From the NCBI GenBank assembly GCA_022979955.1, contig GCA_022979955.1_3642.1: a DNA stretch of 64,000 nucleotides. One strand, written 5' to 3'. The position numbers and the translations under genes are program-made. The notes beneath the pieces are model-generated. The model had not been told where the DNA came from, made no database searches, and saw nothing but the letters and a program-made list of their open reading frames with translations. This stretch comes from a phage. Of this stretch, positions 19,134 to 28,929 are shown in pieces; within the stretch, counting starts at the first letter, position 1, and each line of letters starts with the position of its first letter.

Positions 19134-19895
19134 TTGAAATTTATCTACAAAGAACACTACCACAAAGGTGTTGTGTGGAGCCTATTTGACGGATCTGGTG
19201 GTGCAGTCATTGACTGGGCAAAAGCTGGATATCTGTGCCTGTGCTTTAACGCAGAAGGTGCTGACCACGGCAGTTATGCAGAGGTGATCACCGATCATCC
19301 AAATATTCACTATGTAGATTATTGGATTGATCCATGGTTCCCTCAGGAAACTTTCTGCATGTACCCAGCTCCGGACTTTGTTCTTGCATTTCCTCCGTGC
19401 ACCCACTTAGCGGTGTCAGGTGCTGCACACTTTAAGAAGAAGCTGGCTAAGGACCCGTTGATCCAGATTAATGCTGTAAAGGATGCTCGGGTTGCAGAAG
19501 AGTTGGGAGAGATTTACGATTGCCCGTGGCATGTAGAGAATCCTGTGGGTGTTATGTCCACACTGTGGCGCAAACCTGATTACCGTTTTCACCCTTCTGA
19601 CTATGGCGGGTATTTACCGGAGGATGATGTAAACCCCTGGTTTCCTGAATTTATAGCTCCACGTGATGCCTATCCAAAAATAACTTGCGGCTGGATAGGT
19701 AATGGATTTATAATCCCGGCCACAAAACCTGTCCCGCAAATAGTTGACGCGGTTAGCGGGTATTCCATGCAACACGCCAAGCTGGGTGGAAAGAGTGCAA
19801 GAACGAAGATGATCCGAAGCCTCACACCACGTGGCTGGGCAAAAGCCGTATTCTTAGCAAACGAGCCTGCAGTAAGGAGAAGGGCAAATGGTTGA
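19134..19895 (+). CDS. C5-cytosine methyltransferase-like protein (short, PCT variant)
   Basis: TTG start 7 nt after AGGAGA; motif I FDGSGG, motif IV PPCT (in place of PCQ), motif VI-like HVENPVG. Confidence 0.55.
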   Translation: MKFIYKEHYHKGVVWSLFDGSGGAVIDWAKAGYLCLCFNAEGADHGSYAEVITDHPNIHYVDYWIDPWFPQETFCMYPAPDFVLAFPPCTHLAVSGAAHFKKKLAKDPLIQINAVKDARVAEELGEIYDCPWHVENPVGVMSTLWRKPDYRFHPSDYGGYLPEDDVNPWFPEFIAPRDAYPKITCGWIGNGFIIPATKPVPQIVDAVSGYSMQHAKLGGKSARTKMIRSLTPRGWAKAVFLANEPAVRRRANG

Positions 19896-20559
19896 CTGGA
19901 GCAAGTATTTCACCTATAGCGACGGCAAACTGTTCTGGGCGTATACCGCAAAAGCCGGAAGGGGTAGGATCATACATTACGCAGGTGAGGAGGCCACAGG
20001 CACAGATAAAGATGGCTATAGAGTAATAAATGTGTCAGGTGTTGGAAGTGTTCGTAGGCACAGAATAATTTGGGAGATGCATTACGGAGAGATACCTGAA
20101 GGTCTTGTTGTTCGGCACAAGAACGACATAGCAGGGGACGACAGGATAGAGAACCTAATCCTGGGGACACAAGGTGATAATGCACGAGACATGATCTACA
20201 GTGACAAGCTAAACATTAACAATACCTCAGGGTATCGTGGCGTGCGCTATCATAGAGGTATAAAAAGATGGACTGCATCTGCTGGAGACATATACTTAGG
20301 GTGTTTTAAGACAAAAGAGGATGCAATTGCATGCAGAAAGTTATGGGAGAAAGGAAAATTCGTCCCGCAAGAATTAGATGTTAGAAACACTAGCGGTGTA
20401 ACAGGGGTGTTCTATGTGCCGAGCTCTGGAAGGTGGAGAGTCCGAGTGCAAAGCGGCAAAAAGAGAAAGAGCTATGGCACTTACAACACTTTAGAAGAAG
20501 CAAAAGCTGTAAGGGATAAAGTGATGAAAGAGATTGAGGAGTTTAAAGATGGGGAATAA
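19888..20559 (+). CDS. HNH homing endonuclease with AP2 DNA-binding domains
   Basis: HNH region RRHRIIWEMHYG...VRHKNDIAGDDRIENL; two AP2-like repeats (SGYRGVRYH...GCFKTKEDA and SGVTGVFYV...YNTLEEA). Confidence 0.75.
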   Translation: MVDWSKYFTYSDGKLFWAYTAKAGRGRIIHYAGEEATGTDKDGYRVINVSGVGSVRRHRIIWEMHYGEIPEGLVVRHKNDIAGDDRIENLILGTQGDNARDMIYSDKLNINNTSGYRGVRYHRGIKRWTASAGDIYLGCFKTKEDAIACRKLWEKGKFVPQELDVRNTSGVTGVFYVPSSGRWRVRVQSGKKRKSYGTYNTLEEAKAVRDKVMKEIEEFKDGE

Positions 20560-22627
20560 GTTTATACCCTCTGCATATAGCCGCTATGGAGAACCTAACC
20601 CAGTTGCAACAAGATACAAAAGCGGAGGTAGTATGAAACGAGACTATCGCGATGAAAAAGAGGTTGAAACTGTAGAGACCGTTTTAGAAAATACTAAAAT
20701 TGTCCCTGTCCCACAACAAAATATCGGTCTGATGGCTGCACAATATTTTGGTGTGCGATCAGCATTGTCCCAAGAGGACGGTGTGACAGTAACTGCAACA
20801 TATTTCCCATATTACGACCGCTACGGAAATCTATCTGGCTTTAAAAAGCGTGATTGGTCTAAGCCAAAAGAGCAGAAAGGGCACTGGTCTGTAGTGGGCA
20901 TAGTAAAGGCTAACTCCCAGATGTTTGGTCAAAAGCTGTGTGCATCTTCCAACAACCGTAAGCAGATTAATGTTTGTGAGGGAGAAGGTGATGTTATTGC
21001 AGCATGGCAGGCTGCATATCAAATACAAGTAAAAGGGATTCTCACCAACGCTAAAGCCCCGGCAAAGGTGAAACAGTGGGCTAAAGAGGTCCAGGACGGG
21101 ATCGATGCAGTTATCAACGGGGGTGATTTGGCAGGAAAACCCTGCCTGCCTTTTGTTGGAATTAACTGTGGATGTGCAAACGCAGTAGATACTTTTGCAA
21201 ACAATGAGAAATTTATCCGTAGCTACGGAACAGTGGTCCTTGCAATGGACAACGATGCGGCTAACGAGGTAGAGAAGCAAAAACACGTTATAAAAGGTGT
21301 TGAAGCCACACATAATATTGCAGCATTTTTGATGGCTGACAACGTTTACCACGTGGAATATCCTGGCGAGGTAAACGACCCTGATGGTGTAAAAGATATC
21401 CGTGACATGCTGAAGGCTAAAAAGCTGGAAGATATTGTAAACATGTTCCGGCATCCTGTTAAGTATGTGCCTGATGCTGTGTCGGATTTAGAAGACTTCT
21501 CTATCGAATCTTTGCGGAAAAAGACTTCCAACGGGGTAGATATCAGCGCAGAGTTTCCAAAACTGCAAAAAATGCTAAAAGGCTTGCACAAAGGGACACT
21601 CGTAATGCTTACAGGTCCATCAGGAGGTGGTAAAACAACTGTAGCCAAAAAACTGGAACACTGTATTGCAAGATACCTAATGGACCCGACATGTCCAAAG
21701 GCCGATGACTACGAAGAGGATGATCGTCTATGCATGATTCATCTTGAGGAGGACCCAGAGGAAGCAATTAACTCCTTGTATGCAAACCAGTTAGGGTTTG
21801 ATGTTAAAGAGTTTGTTGAAGATCCTAGCCAGTTTTTAACTGATCAAGAACATGCAGAGATTCACCAATCATGGGCAAAAGCTGGAAAAATCAAAGTGTT
21901 CAAACATTTCGGGTCTATTCCAGTGGACGAGTTGATTACCAAGCTTAAGCAAATGGTCTGCCTGTACCATTGTCGCTATATTGTGCTGGATCACCTGTCT
22001 ATGGTAATTTCAGGGCTTAATGTTAAAGATGAGCGAAAAGAACTGGACATGGCTATGACTCAGCTGGCTGCGTTTTGTAAGCAGTTTAACGTGTTTATCT
22101 TGGTGATCGCTCACCTCAAACGTACAGAGATTGTGCCTCCTAAGGACAAGGATGGTAACCCATTACCTTTCTGGTATCCTGTGCGAAAAGAGAATTTGCG
22201 AGGATCGGCTGGGCTTGAACAGTTGAGTTGGGTAGTCATAGGTGTCGAGGCCGAAGAAATGGTGGATCGTTCTCGTGGACGTGTCCGTCTGGTAGGTCTT
22301 AAAAACCGTCCAGCAAAAACTCTAGGTATTGCTGACACTTTGGTTATGGACCCGCACACAGGTAAGTTCCATGATGCCAGTAATTGGTACTGGGACAAAG
22401 AAATGCAAATGTTTACAGACGGAGAAGGTGGGGAGGTTGTTTGGAGACCTCAGGCTATGTTTGAGGATCAGGAGCATGCAGTTGTAGAAACACCTATGGG
22501 CAAGGTTGTGGCTGATAAGGTTGTAACTCCTACTGTTAAGCCTGTTGACACGCAGGAAGACCTCCAGTACGATGATCCATCCTCTGACCCGGTCCCTGGT
22601 TTTGAGGATGATGAAACGCCTTTTTAA
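20549..22627 (+). CDS. DNA primase-helicase (TOPRIM + DnaB-like)
   Basis: ATG 7 nt after GAGGAG; TOPRIM motifs CEGEGD and MDNDAA in N-terminal half; helicase Walker A GPSGGGKT and Walker B-like VLDHLS in C-terminal half. Confidence 0.8.
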   Translation: MGNKFIPSAYSRYGEPNPVATRYKSGGSMKRDYRDEKEVETVETVLENTKIVPVPQQNIGLMAAQYFGVRSALSQEDGVTVTATYFPYYDRYGNLSGFKKRDWSKPKEQKGHWSVVGIVKANSQMFGQKLCASSNNRKQINVCEGEGDVIAAWQAAYQIQVKGILTNAKAPAKVKQWAKEVQDGIDAVINGGDLAGKPCLPFVGINCGCANAVDTFANNEKFIRSYGTVVLAMDNDAANEVEKQKHVIKGVEATHNIAAFLMADNVYHVEYPGEVNDPDGVKDIRDMLKAKKLEDIVNMFRHPVKYVPDAVSDLEDFSIESLRKKTSNGVDISAEFPKLQKMLKGLHKGTLVMLTGPSGGGKTTVAKKLEHCIARYLMDPTCPKADDYEEDDRLCMIHLEEDPEEAINSLYANQLGFDVKEFVEDPSQFLTDQEHAEIHQSWAKAGKIKVFKHFGSIPVDELITKLKQMVCLYHCRYIVLDHLSMVISGLNVKDERKELDMAMTQLAAFCKQFNVFILVIAHLKRTEIVPPKDKDGNPLPFWYPVRKENLRGSAGLEQLSWVVIGVEAEEMVDRSRGRVRLVGLKNRPAKTLGIADTLVMDPHTGKFHDASNWYWDKEMQMFTDGEGGEVVWRPQAMFEDQEHAVVETPMGKVVADKVVTPTVKPVDTQEDLQYDDPSSDPVPGFEDDETPF

Positions 22628-22685
22628 TGTTTAACAAAGAGTGGGAGGGGTAGTACAACCGCCTCCCCTTTAAGGAGAACTGTAT

Positions 22686-25049
22686 ATGAGTATGTGGTCT
22701 TTCGATTTTGAGTCATCCGGTTTGCTGGAAGACCCAGATCTTTATTATCACTGCGGTCTGTTTAAAGAGCTGAATAAGAACCGTTTTATGCTGTTCCTTC
22801 CTCTAAATGACCGCACACACTACTCCGAGGAGGATATAGAAAAGGCTAAGAACTTCATTCTGGCAAAGAAAACTCTTTATAAAGATTTTGAAGTTCGCAT
22901 AGCAGATTTTTCGGAGTTGGAAGGTTGGCTTACAGGCAATTCTGACTGGTCACCAACAGCTTTGAACTGCCATAACTGCTACAGTTATGACTTTATGCTG
23001 ATGGAAAGATTATCCGGTATTCATTTTGACATGTTCCGTGATCCTAAATGCATGGGGACTATCAACGACCACCAGGTTAACCTGTTTGATACGTTGGCGA
23101 TGAGTCGAATCTTGTGGCCTGATCGCCCTTTACCAAAAGGTTGTCCGGACTCTGTATTCAACCCGGTCACTAAGAAAATGCAGCCTGTTGGTCCTCACGG
23201 CCTTATGGCATGGGGCTATGCTCTTGGTAACCAGAAAGTTCAAATTGATGACTGGCGCGATCTTCCGTTATGGAAGTATGTGGATCGTGTATTTGAGGAC
23301 GTTATCATCCAGGAGCTGCTCTGGAAAGAACTGGTAGCGGAATCAAAAGGTGTATTCTACGGCAAGTCTGACATGCAGAACTTTATGTACGATCCTGCCA
23401 AAGAGAAGCCGAAAGGGTTCAAGAAGATCACCTGGAAGAACGCACTACGCCGAGGCATGCTGCAGCACTTCCTGATGGAGCTGCAGGCCCGTCAGGGTGT
23501 GTATTTTGACATAGATGGAGCTATTGCTTTACGTGACCGTTGTGATGCGTGGATGAAAGAAATAGCTGATCGTGTTGAACCACAACTACCTTTAAAAGAG
23601 CTGTCAATGTCTCAGCGGCCCAAGTTCCCTGAAAAGCCGTTTAACCAAGATGGGACAATCTCCAATAATGGTTGGAAATGGTTAAAAGATAAGCTTGGCT
23701 ATCCTGTAGACATGAGCGCTTTAGAGTTCAAAGCCCCGCCTAAGCGAGCATTTACCTCCACAGGAGATGTCAGTAAGATGGGGATAAAATGGTGTGAAGA
23801 GATGGGCTGCAAAGACCCTGATAAGATGGCTGATTTCTTGAGAGGCTATATTAAGGGCACTTCCACACCACAACCTTTACCTAAAGAGCTGATGGATCAG
23901 GCAATAAGTGATCTACAGCAGAAGCGAATGCCGGACTGCAAGATACCTATGAAAATCAGCAATCAGGACGACATTAAGCGATACCTGATCAGTGCTGGTT
24001 GGCTTCCGACAATGTGGAGAACTAAGGATGTAACTAAAGACAGCAAGAAGAAAGCTCTACCTGATGCAGATGTTGATGCACGAGTATATGCATATATGGA
24101 CGAGCTTTTAGAGTCAGAGTATTGTGACCTGATTATCAACTTCTGGAACAAAACTGATGCTAAGTTCCAGACAACCGTGCACAAGTTCCGAAGCTTTCCT
24201 AACTCCGAAAGGATTAAAAAGGAAGTATTCGGGAAAATACGTAGAAAAGCTAGGGCACTTATTACTTCTCCGCAACTGAAAGATACGTTTGGACACCTAT
24301 GCCCTAATCTTGAAAAATTGAACGGAGAGATGGCTAAAGATATCGTCTTGTGGTTATCATTGCGAAACCGCAGATCGGTCCTTGATCCAATCAAGGAGGA
24401 TAAGGTTGATACTGGTCTTCTTAATCACCCACGTTTGAAGATTGACCATAAGCTTCCTGCTAAAAGTTCTGGATTAACAAACACTTCCCGACAGAAACAC
24501 AGTATTTGTGCAAACATGCCTAAACCATCTCCTAAAGTGGTTATGGGTAAAGAGATGCGTAGTCTGTGGGGTGTTCCTCCAGGATACTTTGAGATCGGTA
24601 TTGACGGGTCCAACTTAGAGCAGCTTATCGGGGCTTGGGGTGCCTTTGAGTTCGACAACGGCCTGTATTACGATGTTGTAAGTAACGGAGACGCACACCA
24701 AAACAATGCTGAGGCATATACAAAAGTAGCAGGCAGAGAGGTGTCCCGTAACGACGGTAAACCTATCACGTATGGGGTTATGTACGGAGCACAAAAAGAT
24801 AAAGTTGCAGATATGCTGGACATCTCTCCAGAGTTGGGACAAAGGGTAATCGATGCGCTTTGGGATGCCAACCCTGGTCTTAAGGGCCGTAAAGAGGATC
24901 TGGAGAAATTCTGGGAAGCAACGGGTAAGAAGTTTATCTACTCTTTTGATGGTCATGCCATCTGGACCAGATCTAAACACTCTTTACTTAATGCATACCA
25001 ACAGAATGGTGGTGCATCGCTGTGTGACTTGGTTGGGATACTCATGCAC
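22686..25049 (+). CDS. DNA polymerase family A (T7/Pol I-like), exon 1
   Basis: N-terminal 3'-5' exo motif SFDFESSGL...HCG; motif A-like IDGSNLEQL; motif B RNDGKPITYGVMYGA; reading frame continues to a stop at 25115 inside the putative intron. Confidence 0.7.
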
Positions 25050-25385
25050 CACCAAATGGTGAAGCGTGGGTGGTACGATGAAGGTGTTCGCCGTATTATT
25101 TATTACCATAAATAACATTGTGGCTTCATAGAGTAATCTATGTCGAATAACCTCTTTAACTGCGGGAAGCCTAAACCTTATGGCAAGGTAATCCGCAACG
25201 AAGCGCTCAAAAGAGCGAACGCTCAGAGGCCATTCCGAAAGGAAGTAGACCAGCAAGTGCGGTCGAAATGGGAGGATTCCTGTGGTTGCTTATCATAGGA
25301 ATATGAGATGGTCCGATCCTACGTGAAAACGTATGGCTATGCACGTAATGGTGCGGGGTAGCTTAACGACCTACCTGAACTATTG
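25050..25385 (+). ncRNA. putative group I self-splicing intron, ORF-less
   Basis: 336-nt insert between in-frame polymerase segments; P-like AACUGCGGGAAG (25159-25170), Q-like AAUCCGCAAC (25190-25199), R-like GUAGACCA (25245-25252), S-like GAGAUGGUCC (25305-25314), GNRA-capped hairpin UUCC-GAAA-GGAA; ends in G at 25385; exact junctions uncertain. Confidence 0.5.
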
Positions 25386-25739
25386 GATGAGTACCAACTT
25401 CAAGTGCCTGACACGCCTAAGTATAAGACTGTGTACACCTTCGACACAATTGAAGAACTGGAAGCATTTAAGGCAGAACAGGAGGCCAAACTTCATGTGT
25501 TCGACGGTCATAAGTACAAAAAGGCACGCAAAGATGAGGACGGAAACGAAGTAGTTGACAGGGACGGAAACACGGTGTACGATCCTATCCTGAACGATGA
25601 CGGAAAGCTTGAGCTTATCTGGAGCCCTGTGGGTGAAATGGTGGTGCATTGCTTCTGGCAAGCTTCTAAAATGATGGGAGTCCCGTTCCAGATCACAGGT
25701 GAATACCTGTGTGGTCGTAATTGGGGTGATTGTCACTAA
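25386..25739 (+). CDS. DNA polymerase family A, exon 2 (C-terminal segment)
   Basis: Begins DEYQLQV, which joined to ...GILMH gives motif C LMHDEYQ; ends GRNWGDCH like the T7 DNA polymerase C-terminus as recalled; no SD upstream. Confidence 0.55.
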   Translation, partial: DEYQLQVPDTPKYKTVYTFDTIEELEAFKAEQEAKLHVFDGHKYKKARKDEDGNEVVDRDGNTVYDPILNDDGKLELIWSPVGEMVVHCFWQASKMMGVPFQITGEYLCGRNWGDCH

Positions 25740-25788
25740 TGTAAACTATCAACACATGGAAGTGTTGTTGAGCAAAGAGGAGACTTTT

Positions 25789-26073
25789 ATGGTAGTAGAA
25801 CCAACAAAAACATTTACATCCATGACTATCCCTGTTATTATGCAGGTGGAGTGTGTTCAGGTATCTCAAGTGTGGCCAGGCACTAAAATCCCAACAGGGC
25901 CTGATTTCTTTCAGGTTGGGAAAGTGTACAATGTCTGGAAGGCACCAGATTGTCACCCTTTCATTAAAGATGACCGTGGAATGCTGTGGTATCTTGGAAA
26001 TGATTTGACACTGCACCTTGGGAATGCTATTATTGCAGTATTCAGACTTAACAAGAAGGAGACTGATCAATGA
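25789..26073 (+). CDS. hypothetical protein
   Basis: ATG 7 nt after GAGGAG; longer ORF start would overlap polymerase exon 2. Confidence 0.45.
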   Translation: MVVEPTKTFTSMTIPVIMQVECVQVSQVWPGTKIPTGPDFFQVGKVYNVWKAPDCHPFIKDDRGMLWYLGNDLTLHLGNAIIAVFRLNKKETDQ

Positions 26074-26297
26074 CGACTTTGGTTAAAGCTACCTTTGTAG
26101 AAGAAAAGATGACAGACCTGTCATTCTTTAAAGAAGGAAAGACCTACGAGGTTTATTACGATAAAGCTCGTGCAAACAAGATGATTAAAGACGAGGAAGG
26201 GATTGCCTGGTTTATCTCCCATCTGGCAAACGGTGAGTATCATATCTACGGAACCACCCTGCTTGCCAAGTTTGTAGCTGTTGAAGAGGACCTATGA
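26070..26297 (+). CDS. hypothetical protein
   Basis: 75-aa ORF, ATGA overlap with upstream gene. Confidence 0.4.
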   Translation: MTTLVKATFVEEKMTDLSFFKEGKTYEVYYDKARANKMIKDEEGIAWFISHLANGEYHIYGTTLLAKFVAVEEDL

Positions 26298-26488
26298 AAG
26301 TAAAGTATCTTGCTGAAGGTATGAATAGGTATTTTACCCTTGGTGAAGAATATTGGCCCTTTACAAACAACGGCGATGTCTACGTGAAAGATAATTTCGG
26401 CACGCCGTGGTTTCTGCACTCTAATGGGCTGGGATACTCTATTTACTGCGGTGCAGTGAACAACACAACTCTTGCAGAGTTCGTTTAG
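26294..26488 (+). CDS. hypothetical protein
   Basis: 64-aa ORF, ATGA overlap with upstream gene. Confidence 0.4.
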   Translation: MKVKYLAEGMNRYFTLGEEYWPFTNNGDVYVKDNFGTPWFLHSNGLGYSIYCGAVNNTTLAEFV

Positions 26489-26498
26489 AGGAGGTAGG

Positions 26499-26870
26499 AT
26501 GCTAGTAAAAGGTACCCACACAGTCAAACAACGTATTGAAGTTGAGATTGATGATTGTGAGCTGAAGCATATTTTACGGTCATGCTCCAACGTTTTGCTC
26601 CTTAGTATTCTTCAGGAGCGAGCGGAGAACGAGTTCTTAAATGCATTGGCAGGCCGTCCAGGTGACTTTTGTGTGCGTAAGCGTGGTGACAACAAGTCAT
26701 GGTTGTGGGAAATCGATGCCGACTGGGATTACCACAAAAATGAGGGCATAGATGAGCCTATTCGTGAACTGACGGACAAAGAGATTCAGATGTACAATGA
26801 AGTTTGTCATTGGGCAACACGCCAACAAATTTACCTAGACCCTGTGTGGCTGATTGAAAATAGCCATTGA
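26499..26870 (+). CDS. hypothetical protein
   Basis: ATG after AGAGGAGG. Confidence 0.45.
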   Translation: MLVKGTHTVKQRIEVEIDDCELKHILRSCSNVLLLSILQERAENEFLNALAGRPGDFCVRKRGDNKSWLWEIDADWDYHKNEGIDEPIRELTDKEIQMYNEVCHWATRQQIYLDPVWLIENSH

Positions 26871-26895
26871 CAAGAAGTAAGATTAGATATAAGAT
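26867..26895 (+). promoter_or_regulatory. sigma70-like promoter
   Basis: TTGACA-17-TAAGAT, then AAGGAG and ATG at 26947. Confidence 0.5.
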
Positions 26896-26946
26896 GCTTC
26901 CCACAAACAAAGCGTTGATTTTTAAATAACTAAGGAGACTGCCAAG

Positions 26947-27177
26947 ATGAAAATTACTTTGAAGCCAGAATGCGTTGCAAATGACCGAGCTTTTAAAGAT
27001 TGCACAGTCGGTGCAATCTATGAAGCAGAGTTTTGTGAGAACCCTCTGGTAAAAGCCCTTCTGGAAGAAGGGGCCCTTTATCACAAGAAGAGATTGATGA
27101 GCTGGAAAACTCAGCACAGTGCCTTACCTTTAAAGATGACGAAGGAGACTCTGTCTGGTGCACTGTTAATGAAGTAG
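26947..27177 (+). CDS. hypothetical protein
   Basis: 76-aa ORF with AAGGAG SD. Confidence 0.45.
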   Translation: MKITLKPECVANDRAFKDCTVGAIYEAEFCENPLVKALLEEGALYHKKRLMSWKTQHSALPLKMTKETLSGALLMK

Positions 27178-27203
27178 TTTTTGTAAAACCTGAACATTAA
27201 TAC

Positions 27204-27241
27204 TTGACAACAGTGATAGGGCCTAATATAATGGCCCTATC
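27204..27241 (+). promoter_or_regulatory. consensus sigma70 promoter with overlapping operator-like palindrome
   Basis: TTGACA-17-TATAAT; 9-bp inverted repeat GATAGGGCC/GGCCCTATC (27215-27223, 27233-27241) brackets the -10 hexamer. Confidence 0.6.
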
Positions 27242-27263
27242 AAAACGAAAGGGGACCACAGCA

Positions 27264-27536
27264 ATGACCAAACAATATCAACGAATTAAAGCCAAGGTTA
27301 AGCCAGACTATCTGGAGAAAGACTCTGCTTTTCGGGACTGCACAGCTGACAAAGTTTACACAGGGGCCGTCCTGTTGAACGATGAACTTGAAGTAGATAT
27401 TCTGGGTAAAGAGGCCACTATTAAGGACGACCAAGGCGATTATGTTTGCTGCACCACACGTGAGCTAGAAATCTTAGAATACTTCGGTGAAATCTTCACC
27501 TCTCTTGATGATTACTTAGATGATGAGGAAGCGTGA
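27264..27536 (+). CDS. hypothetical protein
   Basis: ATG downstream of promoter with AAAGGGGA SD-like; longer ORF start at 27204 lies within the promoter. Confidence 0.45.
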   Translation: MTKQYQRIKAKVKPDYLEKDSAFRDCTADKVYTGAVLLNDELEVDILGKEATIKDDQGDYVCCTTRELEILEYFGEIFTSLDDYLDDEEA

Positions 27537-27925
27537 TGAAAAATATTTGGGATATTGATATCTTTGAAGCCTCTAAGCTTGATGGTGCTGATGGAGTGAT
27601 TATGGTATCTGATGGCAAGGCAACACTAGCTTCCGGAGATATCATCTATGCCTTGGACGAGCTGGCGCTTCTGAAATCTACCGGTAACACTCTAGAGGAG
27701 CGTCTTCAAGGCTTCGCCTTCAAAGAAGGTACAAATACAGCCATGATGTGCACCACACGGACAGTTCAGATGGGTAACGGTGTCTATATGATTATTGCTG
27801 TGTGTCCTAAATTCAGCAACGTCAACAAAGATGATGCTGACGCGGTAAACGATGTGGTTGTTCTCTTCGTGGGTGACGCTATGGCAGATCTGATGAATGC
27901 GGGAGAAGCAGCAAATGAAGACTGA
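27533..27925 (+). CDS. hypothetical protein
   Basis: 130-aa ORF, ATGA overlap with upstream gene. Confidence 0.45.
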   Translation: MMKNIWDIDIFEASKLDGADGVIMVSDGKATLASGDIIYALDELALLKSTGNTLEERLQGFAFKEGTNTAMMCTTRTVQMGNGVYMIIAVCPKFSNVNKDDADAVNDVVVLFVGDAMADLMNAGEAANED

Positions 27926-28217
27926 AAACATCACCCCAGCAGGGTTCTTAAAAGTATACCGTGAACTGCTGTATACTACAGAGGACAGTGTTCTAGAGTA
28001 TCCAGAATATCTCTTGCTGTATAAGTATCTGCAGGAGGCTGGTGAAAATCTGCCAGTTAGTGCAGAAGGCGGTCCGAACTGGGTATACAGCGCATGGAGA
28101 AAGGTTGACATTCTCCCAGACCCAGGCAAAGATATGGTAGTTTGGCAGCTTATCAACAACATCGGGATTCCAATCTTTGATGAAGCTGTTAAAATCTATT
28201 TTGAACTTGACGATTAA
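27915..28217 (+). CDS. hypothetical protein
   Basis: ATG after GGGAGAAG; overlaps upstream stop by 11 nt. Confidence 0.4.
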   Translation: MKTENITPAGFLKVYRELLYTTEDSVLEYPEYLLLYKYLQEAGENLPVSAEGGPNWVYSAWRKVDILPDPGKDMVVWQLINNIGIPIFDEAVKIYFELDD

Positions 28218-28234
28218 TATCAGGAGACCTTAAG

Positions 28235-28480
28235 ATGACTGAAGTAGTTGCTCGCGCAGGACAGAAAGTACGTTGTGTTGAAGTAGGTTTTGGTGGCAAA
28301 GGGTGTCAAAACTTGACTCAAGGTAAGGAATACGCTGTTATCTCTGGTGGTGGCGACGAAAGTATTGTGTTTGAGGGCCACATCCTGGATGCTGAAAACT
28401 TTGAAATCTTTGACGACGATGGGGATCCGATCACCTGCCTGCTGGACGGGAATTGGGGAACTTTCGAAGTGATTGGCTAA
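28235..28480 (+). CDS. hypothetical protein
   Basis: 81-aa ORF with AGGAGA SD. Confidence 0.45.
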   Translation: MTEVVARAGQKVRCVEVGFGGKGCQNLTQGKEYAVISGGGDESIVFEGHILDAENFEIFDDDGDPITCLLDGNWGTFEVIG

Positions 28481-28563
28481 CAAATATCTATTGTAATTTG
28501 CAGAAGGGGATGCTAAAATAGTGTCTCCTTCTATGTTGTTCAAATAAAATCGGAGATTCCATA

Positions 28564-28929
28564 ATGGAACAAATGAACGATCAAACGTCGGTTGCAATGA
28601 ACGAGCAAGAACAACCTCAAGAATTTTTCTTAGGGTTAAGTAAAGATCAAGTGTCTCTTTTGCTAGTGCTTTCTTCTTTCATGGGAAGACTTCAGGAGCT
28701 CACACAACAACCGGAGGCTGAACAATTATTTCAGGCTCTGCGCGAAGAAGAAAAATATCGTCGTTTGGACTATGCCTTAGGTTGGGTAGCTCAACAACGA
28801 GATATGCTGATGGCTCTCTCTGGGACCACAAGTTTTGCAATGGGCCTGTTGGCTCAAGTTCAGGACAAATTAATTCAGGCAGGGTTTGCACACACGGCAA
28901 ACACTAACGAAGAACAAGGAGACAAATAA
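28564..28929 (+). CDS. hypothetical protein
   Basis: 121-aa ORF with GGAG SD; possible promoter TTGTAA-17-TAAAAT upstream. Confidence 0.45.
   Translation: MEQMNDQTSVAMNEQEQPQEFFLGLSKDQVSLLLVLSSFMGRLQELTQQPEAEQLFQALREEEKYRRLDYALGWVAQQRDMLMALSGTTSFAMGLLAQVQDKLIQAGFAHTANTNEEQGDK

Noticed and set aside
20831-21454. Minus-strand 207-aa ORF inside the primase-helicase gene
   Set aside because: Antisense to a gene with TOPRIM and Walker motifs; Cys/Phe-rich low-complexity product.
23963-24394. Minus-strand 143-aa ORF inside the DNA polymerase gene
   Set aside because: Antisense shadow ORF; no promoter or SD; the polymerase frame carries the conserved motifs.
25116-25382. Reading the polymerase as a truncated pseudogene followed by an unrelated small gene
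   Set aside because: The downstream segment is in the same frame, lacks its own SD and start, restores motif C when joined, and carries the conserved polymerase C-terminus; an intron explains the data better, though splicing is unproven.
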